DNA of 32,944 nucleotides from an uncultured Flavobacteriales bacterium (GTDB taxonomy: Bacteria; Bacteroidota; Bacteroidia; Flavobacteriales; BACL11), in NCBI GenBank assembly GCA_913052655.1, contig CAJXFN010000001.1:1-32944 (forward strand). Direction: 5' to 3'. This document shows, in pieces, positions 16,901 to 25,135 of this stretch. Position 1 is the first letter of the stretch. Each line of letters starts with the position of its first letter. A model generated the notes under the pieces. That model did not search any database. It saw only the letters and a list, made by a program, of their open reading frames with translations, and was not told the origin of the DNA. A program made the translations under genes and the position numbers.

Positions 16901-19900
16901 GTAACGGATTTTCAGATGGTAGTGCTTCACTAACAATCTCTGGTGGAACACCTGGATACTCAGAGGACTGGGGAACTAATAATCCTAACGCATTATCGGC
17001 TGGAACATACAACTATTCTATTACAGATAATAATTCATGTGTTTATACAAATTCTGTTCTTATAAATGAGCCAAATATAATTTCTACTGTAAATTTCATA
17101 ACAAATGTAAGTTGTAATGGATTATCAGATGGTAGTGCTTCAATAACAATTTCTGGAGGGACACCTGGATACTCTCAAGATTGGGGAACTAATAATCCTA
17201 ACTCTTTATCTGCTGGAACTTACAACTATACTATTACAGACACAAATGGTTGTAACTATAATGATTCTGTAACAATTACTGAGCCTCAAATATTAAACGC
17301 TACTTATTCTAAAACAAATGTTAGTTGTAATGGATTTATAGATGGATCTGCATTGGTTAATATTACTGGAGGTACTACTAATTATGTTCTTTCTTGGGAC
17401 ACATTAAATTATCCATTATTAGGAGGAATTAACGTATTCAGCACTCCGATTGGTGTACCTGCGGGTGTCTATCCATTTGGTATTATAGATGATAATGGAT
17501 GTACTTTTACAGATACTATTACTATTACAGAACCAGATTCAATATCTGTATCTCAAACTACTACAAATGTAAGTTGTAATGGACTTTCAGATGGAAGCGT
17601 TACATTGATAATTTCTGGAGGAACACCTGGATACTCAGAGGACTGGGGAACTAATAATCCTAACTCATTATCGGCTGGAACCTACAACTATACTATCACA
17701 GATACAAATGGTTGTAACTACAATAATGTTGTGACTATTACTGAACCTATAATATTATCTTCAACAATTAATGCAACAGATTTAACATCTTGTTTAGTTT
17801 CAAATGGTTCTATTGATTTAAATGTATCTGGAGGTACTTCTCCTTATGTTTATTTGTGGAATAATTCAGATACAACAGAAGATTTAACTAATTTATCTGC
17901 TGGTAATTATTCTGTTACTATTACAGACAATAACGGATGTACAACAACTAACAACACAACTGTTGGTCAACCTTCAAATGGTTTATCATTATCTTTGAGT
18001 TCTACTACTTATAATGGGTATGAGGTTTCATGTAATGGAGGATCTAATGGAAATATTACTACAACAGCTGTTGGAGGTTTGGGAAGCTTAAGCTTTGTAT
18101 GGAGTAATGGAGATACTACACAAAATCTTTCAAATCTGAGTGCGGGCTCTTATTCAGTCACTATGACAGATTCTGTAGGATGCTCATTATTTGATAATAT
18201 TACATTAAATCAACCAACTGAAATCTCTTCTTATTTTGTTACTTCAGATGTTCTATGTAATGGAGACAGTACAGGAACTGCTTCCGTAACATTTAACGGG
18301 GGAGTTACAGATTACTTATTAAGTTGGACAGGATACAACTATCCACTACCTAACGGATTAAATACTTTTATTACGCCTATTGGAGTGCCAGCCGGAATTT
18401 ACCCATATTCTGTTACCGATAATAACGGATGTATGCATTTTGATACAATAACTATCAACCAACCAAACGCTATTAGTTCATCATACACTATTACAAATTA
18501 TAATGGATATAATGTCTCTTGTAATGGAGCAAACGATGCAAGTATAGACCTTCAATGGACTGGAGGAACATCTCCATATCAAAATTGGTTTGATGGATCT
18601 ACAACAACAGACACTATACAAAGTAACTTGTCTGCAGGAACATATATTGATTCTTTAGTAGATGCAAATGGATGTTCTTATTCACAATCTATTACAATTA
18701 ATGAGCCATCTGCGCTGTCTTTAAATTTAATTCCAACAAATTTAAGTTGTTATAATTCTTGTGATGGTAGAATCTTAACTCAGATTAATGGAGGAGTTTC
18801 ATCATACACCTTCTCTTGGAGTGACGGATCATCATTAGACAGTAATACTAACTTATGTAGTGGCATGTACAATGTTACAGTAACTGATGATAATGGATGT
18901 ATAATATCTGATAGTATCTTTTTAACTCAACCTAATGATATCATCATTAATATTGATTCAATTTTTGACGTAAGTATATATAATGGAAATGATGGAGAAA
19001 TTTATATAACTCCAAGTGGAGGGATATTAAACTATTCTTACTATTGGACAGGTCCGAATGGATTTAATTCAACAAATGAAGATATTACTGGATTACAATC
19101 AGGAACGTATACTATAACTGTTACAGATTCTACAAATTGTTCTTCTTCATATTCAATTTACGTCGACCAACTATCATCGCTTTCTATAAACCTAGACACC
19201 ATAATTAACCTATCATGTTTTGAGGAATGTAATGGACAAATTCTGATTACAGCAGATGGAGGAGACTCCGTGTATACCTATCTATGGATTGGACCTAACG
19301 GATTCAGCTCAACAGATGAAGATTTAGATAGTCTATGTGCTGGTAACTACGAACTTATTCTTTCTGATTCTACAAGTTCTGTTTCAACAACTTTTACAGT
19401 ATCTCAACCTTCACAATTACAAATAATTACTAATGCAGATACTGCTCTATGTTATGGGGGACTAGCTCAAGCGTCTGCCTTTTCCTTTGGAGGTCAAAAT
19501 CCATATGTAACTAGTTGGGATATTGGATCTAGTTCTATTACCACATATTTAAATGCAGGAACACACTATGTGAATGTAATTGATGCGAATGGTTGTTCTT
19601 CTACTGATTCTGTATTAATTGTACAGAATGATTCAATAAGTATTTCATCAACAGAAACTGATATTAGTTGTTATGGACTTTCAGATGGATCTGTACAAAT
19701 AGATGTTTTATCTGGTGGACTTCCTCCATTTGAATATTCTGAAAATAATGGACAAAACTTTCAAACTTCAAATATATTTAATGGATTATCTTCAGGAACT
19801 TCAACGTATATTGTTAGGGATGCAAATGGATGTACAAACTCTATCTCAGCATCTATTGCAGAACCAAATGAATTAATTGTCTCATTAAATGCAAGTTCAG

Positions 19901-20550
19901 CTAGTTGCTTTGGAGAATGTGATGGAACAGCTAGTACAACAATTTCTGGTGGAACGGGCACCTACTCAGAAGATTGGGGAGGACTAGATCCAAATAATTT
20001 ATGTGCTGGATTAGTAAATGTTATTGTAGAAGATGATAATAACTGTTTAGCAACAAACTCTGTTTTAATAACTGAACCTAATCCTGTAATAGTAATAATT
20101 TCAGCAAATGGCATCAGTCTTGAAGCTACTCAAGGGTTCCTATCCTATCAATGGTTAGATGGTAATGGGTCAAATATCATAGGAGCTACCTCCCAAAGTT
20201 TCACTCCAAATAATGGAGGAATATACTCCGTTGAAGTAACAAATCAAGATGGGTGTGTTGGAGTTTCAAATTCTATAAACTTTGTTATCGAATCTGTAAA
20301 TTCCGAAAATAATATCTTTACTATTTATCCAAATCCAACATCAGATTGGATTACTCTTGAAACAAATACAAATATTGATTCGGATATTAAGATAATCAAT
20401 ATCTTTGGAGAGATTATTTATACTATATCAAGTAATGATTTACTAGATAATTTTGAAAAAATTAACCTTGGAAAAATTTCTAAGGGAATGTATATTGTTC
20501 AACTTATTAACAATAACACTATTATTAACCGAAGAATCATTGTGCAATAA
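13957..20550 (+). CDS. 2197-aa SprB-repeat surface protein with T9SS type-A C-terminal sorting domain
   Basis: ORF track. Signal peptide MKKSLLSLIIIFSGILSFAQ|H. An N-terminal FN3-like domain follows (ADLDWDD...NFKYRV...LSPNTSYDWTVKC). Then about two dozen ~75-aa repeats of the SprB type (C.G..DGS....isGG..PY...W........L.aGtY...vtD.nGC......i.eP); this count is an estimate, not exact. An unknown ~150-aa domain lies at about aa 180-330. A GEVED-like insert and a C-terminal CTD complete the protein. Confidence 0.95.
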   Translation: MKKSLLSLIIIFSGILSFAQHPTNLISSNITSNSADLDWDDAVCSGNVNFKYRVTGSGSNWIQTNNVTSIYSLSGLSPNTSYDWTVKCVGNSGWANNATFITSNNCNLTSSVSVTDASCNNTLDGSATLSVSNGFSPYIFNWDNGTTTQNLNGVSSGTYVVQISDNSGCTTSDTAIIGSIGTQSINQQLTQFSPNPITAYHQWSYDTLRITNTGCDVRIRPEFTINCSNGPIQQGDIVLKWQNPLGFNQNINYNIDANGNAYGFWSFTSGDSSGTDVTFGQIQDVVIQVKFVNPAQFGTYSATWETYKVDNLGNKLGLLAGPNTVSLTLIDCSSLTIDGFSSTNPNCVGGTDGTININNISNGSGNFSFNWSNGSSQANISGLSAGTYTLTVTDNNTGCIAVDSVTITDPSPLSGTLTGTNITCNGLSDGTLSAIASGGSSVYKYTWNPSIGQNANINNLSAGTYDLTIIDLVCNNNISGLSFTITEPDLLTSTSFNSNNTSCDTSICNGTFGIILSGGTTPYTYTWTNGDTVNSQSNLCAGSFSITATDANSCNIFTENVIVYDSSFTPSTLLTSTNISCFGLNDGNAEAIISSGSNTSGGNISTLAYCSSSPGSNLYNTIDVVNLNGDGDAINNNTSGSCDTYEDYSSQYTTLSPGTTYTLSIDLGTCNSGNFFYPDSTGVFIDWNIDGDFDDINEKIGVFYSDIPTTHNINITVPNIAYGPTRMRIVSQIQSTNPSFPSSPVNPCLVGTYGQNGTYIQPWFGTTEDYSLVINGTIPATYLWNTGDTTSSISNLIAGTYYCEVTDTNNCTSIDTVTIVEPSLISSSENITNVSCNGLLDGSAILTISGGTPGYTADWGTNNPNALSAGTYNYSITDTNGCNYNDSITITEPNELSINSITTNVLCNGDTTGSIDITISGGVSSYSFLWSNGITTEDLSNALAGTYYLQVTDANSCILLDTFVITEPSFITVFSTTTDATCNGFSDGSASLTISGGTPGYSEDWGTNNPNALSAGTYNYSITDNNSCVYTNSVLINEPNIISTVNFITNVSCNGLSDGSASITISGGTPGYSQDWGTNNPNSLSAGTYNYTITDTNGCNYNDSVTITEPQILNATYSKTNVSCNGFIDGSALVNITGGTTNYVLSWDTLNYPLLGGINVFSTPIGVPAGVYPFGIIDDNGCTFTDTITITEPDSISVSQTTTNVSCNGLSDGSVTLIISGGTPGYSEDWGTNNPNSLSAGTYNYTITDTNGCNYNNVVTITEPIILSSTINATDLTSCLVSNGSIDLNVSGGTSPYVYLWNNSDTTEDLTNLSAGNYSVTITDNNGCTTTNNTTVGQPSNGLSLSLSSTTYNGYEVSCNGGSNGNITTTAVGGLGSLSFVWSNGDTTQNLSNLSAGSYSVTMTDSVGCSLFDNITLNQPTEISSYFVTSDVLCNGDSTGTASVTFNGGVTDYLLSWTGYNYPLPNGLNTFITPIGVPAGIYPYSVTDNNGCMHFDTITINQPNAISSSYTITNYNGYNVSCNGANDASIDLQWTGGTSPYQNWFDGSTTTDTIQSNLSAGTYIDSLVDANGCSYSQSITINEPSALSLNLIPTNLSCYNSCDGRILTQINGGVSSYTFSWSDGSSLDSNTNLCSGMYNVTVTDDNGCIISDSIFLTQPNDIIINIDSIFDVSIYNGNDGEIYITPSGGILNYSYYWTGPNGFNSTNEDITGLQSGTYTITVTDSTNCSSSYSIYVDQLSSLSINLDTIINLSCFEECNGQILITADGGDSVYTYLWIGPNGFSSTDEDLDSLCAGNYELILSDSTSSVSTTFTVSQPSQLQIITNADTALCYGGLAQASAFSFGGQNPYVTSWDIGSSSITTYLNAGTHYVNVIDANGCSSTDSVLIVQNDSISISSTETDISCYGLSDGSVQIDVLSGGLPPFEYSENNGQNFQTSNIFNGLSSGTSTYIVRDANGCTNSISASIAEPNELIVSLNASSASCFGECDGTASTTISGGTGTYSEDWGGLDPNNLCAGLVNVIVEDDNNCLATNSVLITEPNPVIVIISANGISLEATQGFLSYQWLDGNGSNIIGATSQSFTPNNGGIYSVEVTNQDGCVGVSNSINFVIESVNSENNIFTIYPNPTSDWITLETNTNIDSDIKIINIFGEIIYTISSNDLLDNFEKINLGKISKGMYIVQLINNNTIINRRIIVQ
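15766..16284 (+). other. GEVED-like domain inserted in the SprB-repeat array
   Basis: The region reads ...CDTYEDYSSQYTTLSPGTTYTLSIDLGTC...GVFIDWNIDGDFDD...GPTRMRIV...PWFGTTEDYSLVING. The paired xxEDY motifs and the DWN.DGDF loop are typical of the GEVED domain found in T9SS cargo. Confidence 0.6.
16285..20080 (+). repeat. Main uninterrupted SprB-type repeat array (roughly 16-17 units, coding)
   Basis: CNG[LF]SDGS...ISGGT.(P)Y...W motifs recur about every 225 nt. Several units are near-identical at the nucleotide level (see findings). Confidence 0.85.
20311..20547 (+). other. T9SS (Por) type-A C-terminal sorting domain of the 2197-aa protein
   Basis: NIFTIYPNPTSDWITLETN...IKIINIFGEIIYTIS...INLGKISKGMYIVQLINNN...RRIIVQ. 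Confidence 0.85.
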
Positions 20551-20601
20551 GTTTAAAATAAATACTTAATTTGGCAATATTAAAATTGAAATAAAAAAAT
20601 T

Positions 20602-22206
20602 ATGTTCAAGAAAATAATTAAATTAAATTTACTACTAGCAACTTCATTTTTCTTAATGACAAGTTTAATTTACGCAAATTCAACTTTAGATAGTTTAAAC
20701 AGGTCAGATAACTTAAAAGCTTTTGACTGGGAAGTAATCTCTGGAGTAGAAAAACTAGTTCCAAACAAAGATATGTCTAAGAATTCAATAAAGAAATTAG
20801 AGGAAGCGAATTTACTCTATTCTAAGGGAGTAGAATTAATGCGTTCTAAAAATTATTCTGGAGCTATTGAACAATTTATGCTTGCTAGAAAAAGCTATAA
20901 AAGAGCAAAAATCACTCCAAATGATTATAATTATATTAACATAAATCAGGCTTTATGTTACGCAAATTCTGGAAAAGAAAAAGATTTTGCTGTAGCTAGT
21001 AGATATCTAAGTTTGGTTACAAACAAAATTGAAAAAGAAAAAGAATGGCTCTATAATCTATCGATTGCTTATAACCTTATTGGAGATCACACTTCTGCAA
21101 CTTCTAATTTGAGTAAAGCAATTAGATTAGACATCAATTATTTTCAAGCTTATATTACTTTAGAAGCAATTTATAGAAATACAAATAATAAAAATAATGC
21201 AGATAAGGTAAGAGATCGAATGGAAACTGCTGAAGCTAAATTGATAAAAAAGGAACAAAAAAATTCTAAAAAAGAACCTAATTCTAAAAAAACAAAAGAT
21301 GTCTTCACAATTGAAGGAGTTCAACCAGATGTAACAATCTTGAAAATTGTAAAAAATGATGATAATTTACAATTTAACAAAGTATCTCAGATTAAAGAAA
21401 GATCCATGACATTAGTTCAAGAAGGAATAGGTTCATATAATAATGGTGTAAAAGAGTTAAGTAACGGTAACTATGAAAGAGCTATTGAAGAGTTAAAAAT
21501 TGCTGAGAAAAAATTAAAAAGAGGAAAGATAAAAAATCATGGATTAAATTTTTCTAGAGCACAATTAACTATTGCCTACTTATGTACTGAGGAGAAAAAT
21601 AAATTAGGACAAGTAAAAAGAAATCTTAGAAATATTTCTAACAAACTTTACGAAACTAGAGATTGGACCTATAATATGGCAGTTGCAAACTACACTTATG
21701 GGGTAAGAACAGTTAGAGGAGATAAATCTACTGATAAATGGAAATCTAAAGCAAAACAATCTTCATTTATAAAAGATGCGATTAAATTATTTAAATTAAC
21801 TATAAAACACGATAAACTTTATTTAAACCCTTACCAAAACCTAGTATACTTGTACCAGGAACTTGGAGACATAAATAAGGCTGAAAAATATCAGAAATTA
21901 TATAACAAAAGAAGAGATGAGTTAATTCGTTCATTTGACAGAGAGGAACAAATAAAAATGGGAGTTGCGAATGAATATGTATTTAGAGTAAATCTTGGAA
22001 CTTATGGAGAGTATGAAGCTCCAGCTGATATGTTTGATGAAGAATATCTTATTACAGTTCCTATAAATGAAAGAATGAGCGCATACCTAGCTGGAATGTA
22101 TTACAGTTTAGATGATGCTATTGCATACCAAAAGGAGATGATTAAAAAAGGTTATACTGAAGCATTTATAGTCGCATATAAAGATGGGGATAAAATTGAT
22201 TTTTAA
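20602..22206 (+). CDS. Secreted/periplasmic TPR-repeat protein with C-terminal SPOR-like domain
   Basis: ORF track. Signal peptide MFKKIIKLNLLLATSFFLMTSLIYA|N. Two internally duplicated TPR-like halves (…KNYSGAIEQFMLARKSYKRAKI… and …GNYERAIEELKIAEKKLKRGKI…) are joined by a Lys-rich linker (KKEQKNSKKEPNSKKTKD). The C-terminal ~75 aa (YVFRVNLGTYGEYEAPADMF...YLAGMYYSLDDAIAYQKEMIKKGYTEAFIVAYKDG) fits the SPOR peptidoglycan-binding fold pattern. Confidence 0.8.
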   Translation: MFKKIIKLNLLLATSFFLMTSLIYANSTLDSLNRSDNLKAFDWEVISGVEKLVPNKDMSKNSIKKLEEANLLYSKGVELMRSKNYSGAIEQFMLARKSYKRAKITPNDYNYININQALCYANSGKEKDFAVASRYLSLVTNKIEKEKEWLYNLSIAYNLIGDHTSATSNLSKAIRLDINYFQAYITLEAIYRNTNNKNNADKVRDRMETAEAKLIKKEQKNSKKEPNSKKTKDVFTIEGVQPDVTILKIVKNDDNLQFNKVSQIKERSMTLVQEGIGSYNNGVKELSNGNYERAIEELKIAEKKLKRGKIKNHGLNFSRAQLTIAYLCTEEKNKLGQVKRNLRNISNKLYETRDWTYNMAVANYTYGVRTVRGDKSTDKWKSKAKQSSFIKDAIKLFKLTIKHDKLYLNPYQNLVYLYQELGDINKAEKYQKLYNKRRDELIRSFDREEQIKMGVANEYVFRVNLGTYGEYEAPADMFDEEYLITVPINERMSAYLAGMYYSLDDAIAYQKEMIKKGYTEAFIVAYKDGDKIDF

Positions 22207-23285
22207 ATCATAGATTTTAGGAAATCTTCATACTCTTTTAAAACTTTTCCCCAAGAATATTGATTTTTTATTTTTTCTATATTATTAGATGTAAATAAAT
22301 CTCTCTCTGTCAAATTTTCTCTATTAAGTAATGATGTTATACATTTATTACAATTAAAGTAAAAAGCATCATTTTCTAGTATGGCTTTATTGAACTCATT
22401 ATTATGTGCACAAATTAAAGAGGAAGAACTCATTGCTTCTAACAAAGATGGATTTGTTCCACCAACTGTATGTCCATGAAAATATAAATAAGAATTTTTT
22501 CTAAGAACATTTAACTTTTCAAGTTCAGAAATATACCCTAAATAAACTATTCTATCATCATTAAACTTATTTTTAATCATCTCTCCGTATCTATTTTCTG
22601 TATTACCAATTACTAAAAATTTTCTATCAGTATCAGAATTTAAAAAACCCTCTAAGATTGTTTCTATACTATTCTCTGGTTCCATTCTTGCAATGATCAT
22701 ACTATAAGATCGTTTCTCTAAATTAAGATGAGCTAAAATAGAATCGTCAGTGCTAGAAATTAAATTTGCTCCATAAGGGATATACTTAGAATCTACAGAA
22801 TATTTATCTTGTAAATACGATTGAATTCCAGTTGAATCTGAAATAAGATAATCACTAGATTTTACCGCTAATCTTTCGGCAAACAATAAAAACTTCTGAA
22901 CTGGTTTAGAATATTTACTTCTTTTCCATTCTAAACCATCCATATTTGTTACAATTTTAGGTTTTTTTGGTAATAACCAATTCCAGATACTTGAAGATGT
23001 ATATCCTAATTGTAGTATTACATCAAAATCTCTTTTTCTAGAATCTATAATACAATTTAAATCATAAATAAACTGACCTACTGTCCCAATAATATATTCA
23101 GGATCTTTACAATGTATAATTTTTACTCCATTCCATTCTAGCTCTTGATAAATATGATTGTGAGAATTATAAACATAAACCTCATGGCCCTTCTTGACAA
23201 ACTGCTCAGATAAATATTGAGCAAATTGCTCAAATCCACCATAATAATTAGGCACTCCTCTAGTTCCTAAAACTGCTAATTTCAT
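22203..23285 (-). CDS. Glycosyltransferase, GT4 family with DUF1972-type N-terminal domain
   Basis: The N-terminus MKLAVLGTRGVPNYYGGFEQFAQYLSEQFVKKGHEVYVY matches the DUF1972 signature (iiGtRGiP..YGGFEtf...L...GheV.Vy). The C-terminal half is GT1/GT4-like (FHGHTVGGTNPSLLEAM). It is the last gene of the operon. Confidence 0.85.
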   Translation of the reverse strand: MKLAVLGTRGVPNYYGGFEQFAQYLSEQFVKKGHEVYVYNSHNHIYQELEWNGVKIIHCKDPEYIIGTVGQFIYDLNCIIDSRKRDFDVILQLGYTSSSIWNWLLPKKPKIVTNMDGLEWKRSKYSKPVQKFLLFAERLAVKSSDYLISDSTGIQSYLQDKYSVDSKYIPYGANLISSTDDSILAHLNLEKRSYSMIIARMEPENSIETILEGFLNSDTDRKFLVIGNTENRYGEMIKNKFNDDRIVYLGYISELEKLNVLRKNSYLYFHGHTVGGTNPSLLEAMSSSSLICAHNNEFNKAILENDAFYFNCNKCITSLLNRENLTERDLFTSNNIEKIKNQYSWGKVLKEYEDFLKSMI

Positions 23286-25135
23286 TAATCCTGAGGTTTA
23301 TATCCATTTACATTTTTTAGTAGAAGATCTTTTATTAAAGAATCATTTTGATTATCTCTAAGATCAGAAATTTCTTTTACCATCTTTTCAATAATATTTA
23401 AAGGAAGTTTTTCTTCTCTGGCTTGCATTATTCTTGGATGTTCAGATTGTATTACATCATCACCAATAAGCAATTCTTCATAAAGCTTTTCTCCAGGTCT
23501 CAATCCTGTAAACTTTACTTTTATATCTCCATCAGGGTTTGTGGTATCAATTGGCTTTAATCCACTTAAATGAATCATTCTGTAAGCTAAATCTAAAATT
23601 TTAATCGGATCTCCCATATCTAAAACAAACACATCACCCCCTTTTGCCATAGCTCCTGCTTGCAACACTAGTTGTACTGCTTCAGGAATTGACATAAAAT
23701 ATCTAGTGATATTTCTATGAGTTACAGTAACAGGACCTCCATTTTTTATCTGACTACGAAAAAGAGGAACAACAGATCCTGCTGAATCCAATACATTTCC
23801 AAATCTAACCATAGAAAAACAGGTAGAACTTATTTCTTCAGCATAAGCTTGCAAAATTAGTTCTGAAAATCTTTTAGAAGCACCCATGACATTAGTAGGT
23901 CTGACCGCCTTATCTGTACTAATTAAAATCATGTTTTCAACTTTGTTTTCTTTCGCAGATTTTGCTACATTATATGTTCCAATAACATTATTATAAACAC
24001 CTTCTGATATATTCATTTCTACCATTGGAACATGTTTATATGCCGCTGCATGATAAATAGTATCAATATTATAACTTGAGATAACCTGATTTACATGTTG
24101 GGAATTAGTTACTGTTGCAAGTTTTGGTATTATTTCTGCTCTCTTCTTACTCCTTAAAAGTTCTTGGTGAACTGAGTACAAATTATATTCTGAGTTCTCT
24201 AATAGAACAATCTTTTTTGGACTTAACTCTAAAATCTGTCTACACAACTCTGAACCAATACTTCCTCCAGCTCCCGTAACTAAAACATTTTTTCCTTTTA
24301 TATTCTTCTTTAACAAACTTTCTTGCGGAGATACAGGAGTTCTTCCTAATATATCTTCAACTTGAACATGTTTTATACTATCAATCGTTACCTCTCCGTT
24401 TACAATACTATCAACTGAGGGTAAGACTTTTACCTCTATTGGGAATTTAGAAAGTTTTTCTATAATCTCTTTTCTTCTATTTTGTGTGATAGAAGGCATA
24501 GCTAATAATATTAATTTAGCATCAAACTTCTTAATTACTTTATCTAATTTTGAAAATGAAAAAATCTGAATAAAATTTATAATAGTACCATGTTTTTGTT
24601 TATCATCATCTATAAATGCAACCGGAGCATAATCCATACTTTTCTTCAAACTTTCAACTATTTGCACACCTACACTTCCAGCTCCATATACAATGATCTG
24701 TTTTCTTTTATTAACTTGAGTATCCCAAGAATACATAAATCCTTTTAGTAAAAATCTAGAAGTAATAATAAAGGTATTTGACACAAACCAAAAAATTGGC
24801 ATAATAGATCTTGGCAAATCATCTTCTTGAAAAAAATACATGAAAAATGTAATAACAAAACACGCAATAGTTGTTGCTTTAAAAGAAGTAGTTATTACTT
24901 TAATCCCTGTATATTGTAAAACAGAACGATATAATCCTAATTTAATAAATAGAGGTGTCGCAACAATAGGAATAAGTATAAATAGCCAAAAATTCTCATT
25001 CAGATATGAATTCCAAGGTTCACCAAAACGAAGAGCAAATGATAACCATAATGAGAAAATTAAAATAACTATATCAAAACTTAATGTAATTATCTGCTTG
25101 TATATTCTATTTAATGTAAGTAATCTACTTTTCAA
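23285..25135 (-). CDS. Membrane-anchored UDP-GlcNAc 4,6-dehydratase, PglF/CapD/WbpM family
   Basis: There are four N-terminal TM segments. The Rossmann motif is VLVTGAGGSIGSELCRQI. The catalytic region ISTDKAVRPTNVMGASKR carries the M-x-x-x-K variant typical of PglF/FlaA1-type dehydratases. Confidence 0.9.
   Translation of the reverse strand: MKSRLLTLNRIYKQIITLSFDIVILIFSLWLSFALRFGEPWNSYLNENFWLFILIPIVATPLFIKLGLYRSVLQYTGIKVITTSFKATTIACFVITFFMYFFQEDDLPRSIMPIFWFVSNTFIITSRFLLKGFMYSWDTQVNKRKQIIVYGAGSVGVQIVESLKKSMDYAPVAFIDDDKQKHGTIINFIQIFSFSKLDKVIKKFDAKLILLAMPSITQNRRKEIIEKLSKFPIEVKVLPSVDSIVNGEVTIDSIKHVQVEDILGRTPVSPQESLLKKNIKGKNVLVTGAGGSIGSELCRQILELSPKKIVLLENSEYNLYSVHQELLRSKKRAEIIPKLATVTNSQHVNQVISSYNIDTIYHAAAYKHVPMVEMNISEGVYNNVIGTYNVAKSAKENKVENMILISTDKAVRPTNVMGASKRFSELILQAYAEEISSTCFSMVRFGNVLDSAGSVVPLFRSQIKNGGPVTVTHRNITRYFMSIPEAVQLVLQAGAMAKGGDVFVLDMGDPIKILDLAYRMIHLSGLKPIDTTNPDGDIKVKFTGLRPGEKLYEELLIGDDVIQSEHPRIMQAREEKLPLNIIEKMVKEISDLRDNQNDSLIKDLLLKNVNGYKPQD

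Noticed and set aside
14853-17012. Five short minus-strand ORFs (14853-15092, 15117-15347, 15561-15767, 15943-16158, 16803-17012) and a sixth at 19761-19961
   Set aside because: All are antisense to the 2197-aa SprB-repeat CDS. The long gene has a signal peptide, coherent repeats and a CTD. The antisense ORFs are compositional artefacts.
13957-20550. Naming the 2197-aa gene sprB (gliding-motility adhesin)
   Set aside because: It shares the repeat type only. As I recall, SprB of Flavobacterium johnsoniae is about three times larger, uses a different (type-B) CTD and sits with sprC/sprD/sprF. None of those features is present here, so no gene symbol is given.
20551-20601. Promoter-like TAATTTGG upstream of the TPR/SPOR gene and a possible terminator after the 2197-aa gene
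   Set aside because: The box is one T short of TAnnTTTG, and I could find no convincing hairpin in the 51-nt spacer. Co-transcription with the upstream gene is equally plausible.
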